IMG/VR virus record: IMGVR_UViG_3300020448_000002
Location: 1 to 64,000 of that record
DNA: 64,000 nucleotides
Strand: one strand, 5' to 3'
DNA from: a virus
Positions 17,621-27,145 of this stretch are shown piece after piece; the first letter of the stretch is position 1; every line of letters starts with the position of its first letter. A program made the position numbers and the translations under genes. The notes below the pieces were generated by a model. It worked only from the letters and a program-made list of their open reading frames with translations, had not been told where the DNA came from and made no database searches.

Positions 17621-18952
17621 GTGGGAACCAAGAAGATTTCTCAACTGGAAACAATTTCGGATAGCAATATATCTGGAGAAGCAATTCTTCCTATTGTTGT
17701 ATCTGATCCTTTGATTCCTAATAGAAAAGCAAAAGTAAATCAATTATTCAGAGGACTAGCACAGGGAACTAAAGACTCTCCTGGTCTAGCTTTTGATTTA
17801 GATAGAGACAGTGGACTATATCAAGCAGCATATAATCAAATAGGTATTGCCTTTGGTGATGGTGGTCTGTATATGACTCGTCTTGATAATGGTAATAGTA
17901 GTACTTCATTGTATGTTACTGCTATTGATGATGTCGCAAACAATACTGACATAGTATTTGCACCGAAAGGAACGGGATCTGTTAAAGTAACGGGTCAGTT
18001 TTTGATGTCTGATGAACAGTTTTTCTTAGAAGATGCTCAAGGTCCTAAAATTAGATTTGAAGCAGGTAATGTAGGAACTGGTAGTAATACCAGAATAATG
18101 ACAATGCCTGAGATAACTGCAGGTAATGGAACTACTCTTGTTGGTGCTGATACTACACAAACGTTAACAAATAAGACTCTTCTTATTGATGAAGATAACT
18201 TTGTTATTATTGATGGTGCAGAAGAAGCAATATTCCAGATCAACTGGCCAACTACGTCAGGTACTCGTAGATCATATTTCTTACCAGATGCAGGATCAGT
18301 AACAACTACTGTTGAACCTACTGCTACATCATCTACATTGTTAGATACAAAGACAGAACAGGTTGTTTTATCAAAAACATTTGTAAGTCCTAAAGTTACA
18401 AACTCAGCAGAGGTTGGTTCATTTACAGCACAGTTTAATGCTTCTCTTCTGACTGCAGATAGAACTATTACAATTCCAGATCAAAGTTTAGAATTAGTAG
18501 GAACTGAATCTACTCAGAACCTTAAAAACAAGGTTCACGAGGATATAATTCTTGCTGATTCAACTGATATTACTAAGAAGATTTCATTTATCCTAGATAA
18601 TTCTAACACTCTTACAACAAGTCAGGTAAAATTCCCACCTACAGGAGACCTAAATACAGGTGGTGGTAATGTATTGTTCAGCACAATCGTTACTGAACTT
18701 GCAACTCAAGTCTTACAAAACAAGACCATCTATCAACCCGTTGTAAAAGAAGACGCAACATCTACAGGAACAGTTACTTTTAGAACTGATAATATCACTG
18801 CTCCAAGAAGTATTAAGTTCCCTGATGCTGATGCTACACTTCTTTCAACTGAGAACGTTACACTTGATAATGTTACCTTTGGTGCAGGTTTGGCAGCATC
18901 ACATTTAGTAGGTCGAACTCAACTACAACAATTTTTCTACGCAGGATTCTAA
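17621..18952 (+). CDS. virion structural / tail fibre protein
   Basis: KKISQL start, PGLAF..D.DSGLY, repeated QTLTNKT-like units. TATAAATA at 17586-17593. Confidence 0.7.
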   Translation: MGTKKISQLETISDSNISGEAILPIVVSDPLIPNRKAKVNQLFRGLAQGTKDSPGLAFDLDRDSGLYQAAYNQIGIAFGDGGLYMTRLDNGNSSTSLYVTAIDDVANNTDIVFAPKGTGSVKVTGQFLMSDEQFFLEDAQGPKIRFEAGNVGTGSNTRIMTMPEITAGNGTTLVGADTTQTLTNKTLLIDEDNFVIIDGAEEAIFQINWPTTSGTRRSYFLPDAGSVTTTVEPTATSSTLLDTKTEQVVLSKTFVSPKVTNSAEVGSFTAQFNASLLTADRTITIPDQSLELVGTESTQNLKNKVHEDIILADSTDITKKISFILDNSNTLTTSQVKFPPTGDLNTGGGNVLFSTIVTELATQVLQNKTIYQPVVKEDATSTGTVTFRTDNITAPRSIKFPDADATLLSTENVTLDNVTFGAGLAASHLVGRTQLQQFFYAGF

Positions 18953-18958
18953 TTAACA

Positions 18959-20452
18959 ATGGCAACTCAAGGATTACTTGCACAACTTAAACCTACAGCG
19001 AATACGGATACTATCCTTTATGAAGGTCCTGTAGCAAGTTCAGCAAGCACTGTATTAACAATAGCAAACGATGGTACTGGATCAGCATATGATGTTGCTA
19101 TAAAAGATTACTGTCAAAAGGTAACTTTAGACGCATCGACATATTTGTTACATAAAGGAGATATATTATCACATTATGAAATACAACTTAATGCTGCATC
19201 ACCATTATCTACTACAGCTAATATAGTACCAGGTACTACATTTACTTCAGCAGACGCAGAAAAGACTCTTAAATTTGAGTCTTATTTGGTTCCTACACTA
19301 ACTACAATTTTTGTAAAAGTATTTGCAATTAGACAGGTTACTTTAGAATCAGTTGCAGGTAACTTTGCTGTTGGTGATACTATTACTAAAGGAACAGCAC
19401 CTAACGCAACAACTGCTACTGTTTATGATTCATTTGATGATACTGTAAATAACTTAAGAATACTTCAAATAGGTCCTTCAACCTTAAATGGAACAGGAAC
19501 TGAATTTTCAGATGGTGATTCAGTACAAGTAGGAACTAACGGAACTGGAACTGTATCAACTGGTGGTGTTGCATCAGCTAACAACGAATATGTGTTCTCT
19601 ACTACAACATCTGGTGGAGTATATACGATGTATGTTAACGAAGCGTTGACGGTATTCACTGATAGAACATATAGATTTGATGTTTCTGATTCTTCAATGT
19701 CAGGTAGAGATTTTAAGTTATCTGTTGATGCAAATGGAGAATGGGGAGGTGATAACACTGCAGGAACCGCAGATGATGGAACTGAATATACCACTGGTAA
19801 AACTACTAATGGTACTGCAGGTTCTGGTGGTGCTTATGTTCAGTATGATTTGTCTGCTAATACAAACACTGTTGCACAATACTATTACTATGATGGCGGC
19901 ACAGGAACTGCAGCTAATGCTAACTATGGTGGTTCCGATAGAGTTTTCCAGACATCTACTAACTTCACATATAGTGCTTTTTGGGCATATGATGTAACAG
20001 GAACATGGGTTGCAACTGATACTTTCACTGTTGGTGGAACAACTTATACTGTTGATGGCACAGTACCTGGTGCTTACGGGTATGTTCGTGATTACACGGG
20101 ATCAGTTATGACCTTTATTAAAGGTATAGGATCACCTGATATTACAACTTCTGATACATTCTTTGATGTTCCTGCCTTAGCAGGAGGAACAAGACAACTA
20201 ATGAATGTTAACTCTATTGATGTTGCATCAAACGCAGTAGAGGCAAGTCATTACATCGTTAAGGGTGTAACTAATGGTAACAATGAGGTAGATAAAATTA
20301 CTTCATTAGTTATAGGTCCTGGTGAGACAGTTGTAGTTAACTCTGCTACTGCTAATAATGTATTTTCATTGATAGGATTCGAGGATTCAACAACCAGTTT
20401 CTCAACTCAAACTTATACTGCTTCATCTGAAGGCGGTGGCGGTGCACCATAA
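18959..20452 (+). CDS. virion structural protein
   Basis: Thr/Gly-rich beta protein within the late operon. Confidence 0.65.
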   Translation: MATQGLLAQLKPTANTDTILYEGPVASSASTVLTIANDGTGSAYDVAIKDYCQKVTLDASTYLLHKGDILSHYEIQLNAASPLSTTANIVPGTTFTSADAEKTLKFESYLVPTLTTIFVKVFAIRQVTLESVAGNFAVGDTITKGTAPNATTATVYDSFDDTVNNLRILQIGPSTLNGTGTEFSDGDSVQVGTNGTGTVSTGGVASANNEYVFSTTTSGGVYTMYVNEALTVFTDRTYRFDVSDSSMSGRDFKLSVDANGEWGGDNTAGTADDGTEYTTGKTTNGTAGSGGAYVQYDLSANTNTVAQYYYYDGGTGTAANANYGGSDRVFQTSTNFTYSAFWAYDVTGTWVATDTFTVGGTTYTVDGTVPGAYGYVRDYTGSVMTFIKGIGSPDITTSDTFFDVPALAGGTRQLMNVNSIDVASNAVEASHYIVKGVTNGNNEVDKITSLVIGPGETVVVNSATANNVFSLIGFEDSTTSFSTQTYTASSEGGGGAP

Positions 20453-20478
20453 TAAATAACTAAAAGGCGAATAGTTAA

Positions 20479-23400
20479 ATGTCCCTAACGAGATTAAAGA
20501 ATATTATTACGTCCAGAACTGGACGTATTATCTACGTAAACCCTGACGATTTTGATGCATCTGATGCTATTGATAATAGGGGAAACTCAGCGTTGCGTCC
20601 TTTCAAATCACTTCAAAGGGCATTTCTAGAGGTAGCAAGATTTTCATATAGAGTTGGTTTAAGTAATGACGAGTTTGATGCTTTTAGTATCATGCTTTAT
20701 CCTGCTGAATATGTGATTGATAATAGACCAGGCGAAGTATTATATACTAACGTTGCACCTATTGATGAAAACTCAAACTTAGATTTAACTTCACCTAATA
20801 ACGTTCTTTATAAATTTAACTCGACTGAAGGTGGTATTATAGTTCCTAGAGGTTGTTCTGTTGTTGGAACTGACCTACGTCGTACAAAAATTATTCCAAA
20901 ATATATTCCATATCCTACAATCTATGCTGCAAAAGGTATCAACACCGAAGATCAAATACCACCAAGATCAGCAATCTTCAAGGTAACTGGTGGTACATAT
21001 TTCTGGCAGTTCTCATTCTTTGATGGAGCAGAGGAAGGAGTATATTTCAAACCTGATTCTACAGAAACACTAGCACCTAAGTTCTCTCATCATAGACTTA
21101 CATGCTTCGAGTTTGCTGATGGTCTTAATACTTTATCAAGTCTTATATCTGGTGGAACTGTTCCAAATGCTGATTACTCAGCCGTTCCTAATATCTTAGA
21201 AAGAACTGACTTAGATATATACTACCAAAAAGTATCAAAAGCATTCGCAACTATACCTGATACATCTGGAGATCCAAGTGCAGATCAAATACAGGCAAGG
21301 GTGGAAGAGAACAGAATCGTTGGTCCTATTTCTGATGAATACAGGGTTTTACAGATTACAAGAAATGGTAATACTGCAACTGCTGTTACTGTAGATGAGT
21401 TTGATAACCCAAGAAATCATGGATTCTCTGTTGGTGTAAACATTAACGTTAGTGGTGTTACTGGATCAACAGGTCCTCAGTCAGAAGTTGACGCAAGTTT
21501 ATATAACGGATCATTTACCGTTACATCTGCATCTGGAAACGTATTTACATATCAGATGTCAAGTGAACCAACTGGTAACGCAGTAGGTACAAATATTGGA
21601 GTTAAAACTGAGATTGATACAGTTGACTCTGCATCACCATACGCATTTAACCTGTCACTAAGATCAGTGTGGGGTATGAATGGTATGCATGCAAACGGTG
21701 CTAAAGCAACTGGTTTCAAATCAATGGTTGTGGCACAGTTTACTGGACTGTCACTACAGAAAGATGATAGAGCATTTGTAAGATATAATAGTTCGACTGG
21801 TAATTATGATGTGGCAACCGCAGGAGACGGTGCACACTTAGATGGATATGCTGAATATAGAAAAGGATGGGGACATAGACATATTGTTGCATCTGATGAT
21901 GCATTCGTTCAAGCGGTCTCAGTGTTCGCTGTTGGATACTTTGGACACTTTACATGTGAGCGTGGTGCTGACATGTCAATTACTAATAGTAACAGTAACT
22001 TTGGTAATACAGCGTTAAGAGCAGCAGGATTTAAAAAGAAATCATTCTCTAAAGATAAGTCAGGTGCATTAACACATATTATTCCACCAAAATCACTGAA
22101 TGTTATTTCTACTACAGCAACTGGTAGTAATGGTGGTAATACTATTACACTAGCTAATGATGGTAGTGTTAATGGTGTTATTGAAGGTATGCTTGTTTCT
22201 GGAACAGGGATCGGAGCAGAAGCGACTGTAGGTGCTGTTAATACTAATACAAGAGTTATAACTCTTACTGTTGTTAATACAGCTGACTTAGCAAATCAAA
22301 ACGTTATTTTTGGAGAAGAGACATCTGTTAACTGGGTTAACATTGATATACCAAGAACAAAAGCAATTAACTCCTCACTAGCAGGACAAGGTGGAACACC
22401 AGGCACAAGACTATACTTATATGGTTATGTTGTTGAACAGTCAGCACCAACAACAAGAGTTCAAGGTTACACAATCGGTGCTAGACAAGACGGTACTGGA
22501 GCAAGTGCAGTAGCAGATAAGATTAACTGTTTACTTGTAGCATCTGGTGCTAGTGAAGCAAGTGTTCATTATGCTTCCATATCACCTTATGGTCCTAGTG
22601 TTTCTGGTGTATCTGCAGGAGATCCAGGATCACCAATACAATATGATGCAAATACATATACTATTAATGGTGTAGCAGGTCAAGTTGGTGGATGGTATCT
22701 TTCTGTTAGTTCTGTAAACAATACAATTTACACTACACTATCAGTTAATACCACTTATAATACTGTTAACTTTACTCCAACTACATTCCTTAAGAGAATA
22801 CCTGACCCAAGAAACCTTGCTGACAGAACATATCGTGTAAGATACGTAATTGATAAAGATAAGACTAATCCATTACCAAGAGATCCTATCTCTGGTTATG
22901 TTATGCAACCATTGAATAGTGATACTACATCATATTCATTAGATAAGTGTTTCTATTTGTATGACATAAATGTTGTTCAAGAGTTTGAAAGAGGAACTAA
23001 AGATGGTATCTACTATCTAACTCTTCTTTGTGCATCTATCGCACCATCAACATCTAACTTTAATGATAGATTTTTCTCTCAAAATGTTAATGAAGTTTAT
23101 CCTACATTTGACAGAGATAATCCACTTGCTGATCCTGAGGCTGCTGTATCCATAGCTGATAACGTTACTATTGGATTAGTTAATGCTACAGATGGAGCAA
23201 ATCCACCAAATATGGATCCTCAAAGATCTATTACTAAAGAATGCACTGAGTTCTTACTTACAGATACAGGTTGGACACAACCAGGTACTACACCTAACTA
23301 TGACTCAGTTAACAAGAGACTATCTAATATTGAACTGACTGCAAGAGCAGGAGACGAAGAAACTCGTAAAATTAATATCAGGGAGAACAATGATGGAACA

Positions 23401-24456
23401 GTTGCACCAATCAACGTTGAGTTTAGACGACACTCAATCCTTAGATCAGGTAACCATACGTTTGAATACCTCGGTTTCGGTCCAGGTAACTACTCCACAG
23501 CATTCCCTCAGACACAGGTCGAGACTCTATCACAAAACCAAGTTAGATTCTCTCAGTCAATTAAGGAAGAAGGAGGAGTCAGTTTCTACTCTGGTCTTAA
23601 CTCCAACGGTGACCTATTCATCGGTAACCAGGTTATCAACCCAGTTACAGGTCAAATCACCAACGAAGATATTGCTCAGTTGAATGTTATTGGTGAAGAA
23701 AACACAACTATTGAAACGTTCTCTGAATTGGTGTTAACTGATAAACTAACAGTTATTGGTGGTGCATCAAACCAGTTAGAATCTATCTTTGCAGGTCCTG
23801 TTACATTCCAGAAACAGACAACATTCCAAGACAACTTGTCTTCAAGAAAAATTTCATATTATAACCAAGATGGTACTGTTATTAAACAGACATTACTTGC
23901 ACCAGAAAATGCAGCAGGAAATGCACCTGATTTATCATCTATTACAAACTACAATACACCAGGTGACGGTGACTTAGTTTATAATATCAACTGGAATCCT
24001 GGTAAATCTCTTGGTTGGATCTACTTTAATCAAGGATGGAAAGAGTTTGGTCTTACAAATACACAAGATATTAATATAGAAGAATATAGTGGTAATACAG
24101 TTATTGGTTTAGGAACTGCACCTAATCAATATTATAGAGTCAAAGCACTTGGTAACATATTGATTGACGGTGATTTAGTTGTTACTGGTAATGGTGGTGT
24201 TGGTTCTGACAAATATATTACTAGAACATATACAGGTGATGGTATTACATTAACATTCGCACTGTCAGTTTACACACCAGGTCCTAACGGTCCTATTCAG
24301 CACAGTAATAGTTCTGTTCTGGTATATCTAAATGGTGTAGCACAAATTGGTGGTACTAATTATACCGTTGATAGTAATGGTGCTAACGTTGTATTTGGTT
24401 CGGGAGATGCACCTTTAGCAACTGATACAGTTCACATTGTTGAATTACCTATCTAA
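20479..24456 (+). CDS. large tail-fibre-associated structural protein (beta-helix-like)
   Basis: IIYVNP.D.DASD...N.G....PFKSLQRA, PRG.S.VG.DLR; C-terminal GDG...F.L..., YLNGV.Q unit. TAAATA at 20453. Confidence 0.75.
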   Translation: MSLTRLKNIITSRTGRIIYVNPDDFDASDAIDNRGNSALRPFKSLQRAFLEVARFSYRVGLSNDEFDAFSIMLYPAEYVIDNRPGEVLYTNVAPIDENSNLDLTSPNNVLYKFNSTEGGIIVPRGCSVVGTDLRRTKIIPKYIPYPTIYAAKGINTEDQIPPRSAIFKVTGGTYFWQFSFFDGAEEGVYFKPDSTETLAPKFSHHRLTCFEFADGLNTLSSLISGGTVPNADYSAVPNILERTDLDIYYQKVSKAFATIPDTSGDPSADQIQARVEENRIVGPISDEYRVLQITRNGNTATAVTVDEFDNPRNHGFSVGVNINVSGVTGSTGPQSEVDASLYNGSFTVTSASGNVFTYQMSSEPTGNAVGTNIGVKTEIDTVDSASPYAFNLSLRSVWGMNGMHANGAKATGFKSMVVAQFTGLSLQKDDRAFVRYNSSTGNYDVATAGDGAHLDGYAEYRKGWGHRHIVASDDAFVQAVSVFAVGYFGHFTCERGADMSITNSNSNFGNTALRAAGFKKKSFSKDKSGALTHIIPPKSLNVISTTATGSNGGNTITLANDGSVNGVIEGMLVSGTGIGAEATVGAVNTNTRVITLTVVNTADLANQNVIFGEETSVNWVNIDIPRTKAINSSLAGQGGTPGTRLYLYGYVVEQSAPTTRVQGYTIGARQDGTGASAVADKINCLLVASGASEASVHYASISPYGPSVSGVSAGDPGSPIQYDANTYTINGVAGQVGGWYLSVSSVNNTIYTTLSVNTTYNTVNFTPTTFLKRIPDPRNLADRTYRVRYVIDKDKTNPLPRDPISGYVMQPLNSDTTSYSLDKCFYLYDINVVQEFERGTKDGIYYLTLLCASIAPSTSNFNDRFFSQNVNEVYPTFDRDNPLADPEAAVSIADNVTIGLVNATDGANPPNMDPQRSITKECTEFLLTDTGWTQPGTTPNYDSVNKRLSNIELTARAGDEETRKINIRENNDGTVAPINVEFRRHSILRSGNHTFEYLGFGPGNYSTAFPQTQVETLSQNQVRFSQSIKEEGGVSFYSGLNSNGDLFIGNQVINPVTGQITNEDIAQLNVIGEENTTIETFSELVLTDKLTVIGGASNQLESIFAGPVTFQKQTTFQDNLSSRKISYYNQDGTVIKQTLLAPENAAGNAPDLSSITNYNTPGDGDLVYNINWNPGKSLGWIYFNQGWKEFGLTNTQDINIEEYSGNTVIGLGTAPNQYYRVKALGNILIDGDLVVTGNGGVGSDKYITRTYTGDGITLTFALSVYTPGPNGPIQHSNSSVLVYLNGVAQIGGTNYTVDSNGANVVFGSGDAPLATDTVHIVELPI

Positions 24457-24483
24457 ATAAATAAAGGGGGATAGTTATAACTT

Positions 24484-24918
24484 ATGGCACTCACAAGAAT
24501 TAGTGGAAACCAAATAGCAGACACAACTGAAGCAGTTATTACAACGCTCAGTTTTTTGAATACTAACAGTGTTTTCCGACTACCAACAGGAACTGCAGCT
24601 CAAAGACCATCTGGTGTGTCTTTGGGAACTATGCGTTTTAATACTACTGCTGATAGTGCAGAAGTATATGCCAATGACGATGGATCTGGTAATCCAGGTT
24701 GGATCGAAGTTGGAGCTGGTGGTGCTGTTGTGGGTGATAAAGGACAGATCAGATGTAACAATGATACTATTGAAGAAAATATTGATCTAGATCCATCAAT
24801 CGGTAATGAATTCAAAATTGGATATATGGCGGGTGACGTTACTGTTGGTAATGGTTATACACTAACTGTTTCTAGTGGAGCGACCCTATATATGATAGGT
24901 TCTGACCCCTATAGTTAA
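24484..24918 (+). CDS. short tail-fibre component
   Basis: LPTGTAAQRP....G.MRFNT.....EVY fibre repeat. TAAATA at 24454. Confidence 0.7.
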   Translation: MALTRISGNQIADTTEAVITTLSFLNTNSVFRLPTGTAAQRPSGVSLGTMRFNTTADSAEVYANDDGSGNPGWIEVGAGGAVVGDKGQIRCNNDTIEENIDLDPSIGNEFKIGYMAGDVTVGNGYTLTVSSGATLYMIGSDPYS

Positions 24919-24945
24919 TAAATAGTTTTACAAAACGGATAGACA

Positions 24946-25749
24946 ATGAGTACACTAAGAGTCGCTGCTATTAAAGACCTGACAGGAAATACTGGGTTTG
25001 TTTTGTCCTCTTCTACTGTGACGACTAACAACACTTTAGTTGTACCAGGAACTTTACAAATTAATGGATCCATAACTGGATCTACAAATAGTATACTTCC
25101 ATCACACTCAGGGCAAAATGGTAAGATGTTATATACCAATGGGACAAGTCCTTATTGGGATAATCCACCCTCTGCAGATAACATCTCAAGTATGACTGTA
25201 TTTACATCATCAGGAACTTGGAATAGACCTTCAGACGTTAAATATATCAAAGTTCAAGTCATCGGTGGCGGTGGAGCAGGTGGTGGACATGGAGAAGGTG
25301 GAGGAGCAGGTGGATACTCAGAAGAAGTTATAAACGTAGAAAGTATAAGTTCAGTATATTGCACAATATCAGGAGAATCTAACGGAACATATTACAGAGG
25401 TGGAGCAGGAAACGGTGGATCATCTTCATTCGGATCTTACTTATCAGCATCAGGTGGATATGGAGCAAATAGAAACCAACAGCATAATGGTGGTTTAGGA
25501 GGAGTAGGTTCTGGAGGAAACTTAAACATCTATGGTGGAGGAGGAGACTCTCATCATGGACGTGCATCAGTTGGTGGAGCAGGATTCTGGGGTGGAGCAG
25601 TAGCAGGTGGACACCCTCAAGGTGGAAACTTTAGTCATAATCATCAATCTCACTCATCACCTGGCTCAGGTGGTAGTGGAGGTTATTTCAACTCACATAG
25701 AGGGTCTAACGGTAGACCTGGTATGATCGTTATTACACACTTTAAATAA
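24946..25749 (+). CDS. Gly-rich tail-fibre tip/adhesin-like protein, copy 1
   Basis: FTSSGTW..P, V.VIGGGG.GG, GGGAGGY, G.PG.IVI glycine-rich domain. Confidence 0.75.
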   Translation: MSTLRVAAIKDLTGNTGFVLSSSTVTTNNTLVVPGTLQINGSITGSTNSILPSHSGQNGKMLYTNGTSPYWDNPPSADNISSMTVFTSSGTWNRPSDVKYIKVQVIGGGGAGGGHGEGGGAGGYSEEVINVESISSVYCTISGESNGTYYRGGAGNGGSSSFGSYLSASGGYGANRNQQHNGGLGGVGSGGNLNIYGGGGDSHHGRASVGGAGFWGGAVAGGHPQGGNFSHNHQSHSSPGSGGSGGYFNSHRGSNGRPGMIVITHFK

Positions 25750-26583
25750 ATGAGTAGTCTAAAAGTCCTTAACATATATGATGTATCTGGTACATGTGGA
25801 CTTATCAGAAATGGTTCTAACTGGGAAATCAATACAACCAATGGTGGTGATGAAAAACTAACAGTTAACACTCTACAGATAGATGGTACTATTACTGGTA
25901 GCCAAGCTGCAAGATTTTTACCTTCTCAATCTGGTAACAATGGTAAGGTTTTAAAATCTAATGGTTCAACAGGTTACTGGGAAACATTTCTAGGACCTAC
26001 AGGAAACCTAACTAGTATGCAAGTGTTCACCTCTGGTGGCACATGGTCTAGACCATCAGATGTTCGTTATGTTCACGTCCAAGTAGTTGGAGGTGGAGGA
26101 GGTGGCGGTGGTCACGGTGAAGGTGGTGGAGCAGGTGGATACTCTGAAGAGATTATTTACATTGAAAATGTGTCAACAGTATCAGTAAGTGTATCAGGAG
26201 AATCGAATGGAACATATTATCGAGGAGGTGCTGGAAATGGGGGATCCTCATCGTTCGGATCTTATCTCTCAGCTTCTGGTGGTTATGGTGCCAACAGAAA
26301 TCATCAACACAATGGCGGTCTTGGAGGCGTTGGGTCAGGAGGAAACCTAAACATATATGGTGGTGGTGGAGACCAACATCATGATGGTGGATCATCAAAT
26401 GCAAACTCTGGAAGAAGTTTCTGGGGTGGTTGTGTAGCAGGTGGTCATCCTCAAGGTGGTAACTTCTCACATAATCATCAAAGTCATTCACCACCAGGTT
26501 CGGGTGGAAATGGCGGTTATTTCAACGGTCACAGGGGTTCAAATGGAAGACCTGGAATGGTTGTAATAACTCATTATAAATAA
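25750..26583 (+). CDS. Gly-rich tail-fibre tip/adhesin-like protein, copy 2
   Basis: Tandem paralogue; C-terminal domain nearly identical in protein sequence to copy 1. Confidence 0.75.
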   Translation: MSSLKVLNIYDVSGTCGLIRNGSNWEINTTNGGDEKLTVNTLQIDGTITGSQAARFLPSQSGNNGKVLKSNGSTGYWETFLGPTGNLTSMQVFTSGGTWSRPSDVRYVHVQVVGGGGGGGGHGEGGGAGGYSEEIIYIENVSTVSVSVSGESNGTYYRGGAGNGGSSSFGSYLSASGGYGANRNHQHNGGLGGVGSGGNLNIYGGGGDQHHDGGSSNANSGRSFWGGCVAGGHPQGGNFSHNHQSHSPPGSGGNGGYFNGHRGSNGRPGMVVITHYK

Positions 26584-26606
26584 ATCACGAGGTTCTATTA
26601 AGACAG

Positions 26607-27107
26607 ATGAAAAAAGTATTAGTATCTATTGATGGTAAAGCAATGCAAATTGTAGATCCAGGTCAAGAATTTGAGATATATAATGGTCCAGATGCTAAGT
26701 TCGTCTGGGTTGATGTAGACAATGATAATATTACTCTAGACTGGACTCTAGAGTATTCACCTGCAGCAGGTAAAATGGTGTGGGTTGAGAGAGATGGATC
26801 TTATACAGATCCAGGTATGGCTCGCCAAGTTGCGTATGGTGAAGTGGGCGAACAATTAGACATGCTCTACAGAGACATCAATTCGGGTAAAAGTTTAGAT
26901 GCAAGTGATGCAGAGTGGTATCAGCATATTAAAAATATTAAGAGTACGTATACAAAACCTGTTGCTAAGTCATCACCTATGACACCAACAGAATTAAAAT
27001 CATATTCAGAGACAGAAGAACCTGCAGCAGATAAGTTTCCTAAGATGTCATATCCAGAATTACCTGCATGGAAAAGATATGATGGGTGGACAGATCCTAA
27101 CGTTTAA
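26607..27107 (+). CDS. tail-fibre assembly chaperone-like protein
   Basis: R..AY..VGEQLDMLY.DI.....W..HI..IK..Y.KP pattern; follows fibre genes. TATAAATA at 26575. Confidence 0.55.
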   Translation: MKKVLVSIDGKAMQIVDPGQEFEIYNGPDAKFVWVDVDNDNITLDWTLEYSPAAGKMVWVERDGSYTDPGMARQVAYGEVGEQLDMLYRDINSGKSLDASDAEWYQHIKNIKSTYTKPVAKSSPMTPTELKSYSETEEPAADKFPKMSYPELPAWKRYDGWTDPNV

Positions 27108-27115
27108 GGTATAAT
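27087..27115 (+). promoter_or_regulatory. sigma70-type promoter for the halogenase/oxygenase operon
   Basis: TGGACA-17 nt-TATAAT. Confidence 0.6.
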
Positions 27116-27145
27116 ATACATAAAGTATAGTCTATATTATTTTTA

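Noticed and set aside
24946-26583. Duplicated tip sequences as a diversity-generating retroelement TR/VR pair
   Set aside because: Differences are synonymous and not adenine-specific, both copies are full genes, and no reverse transcriptase is in the window.
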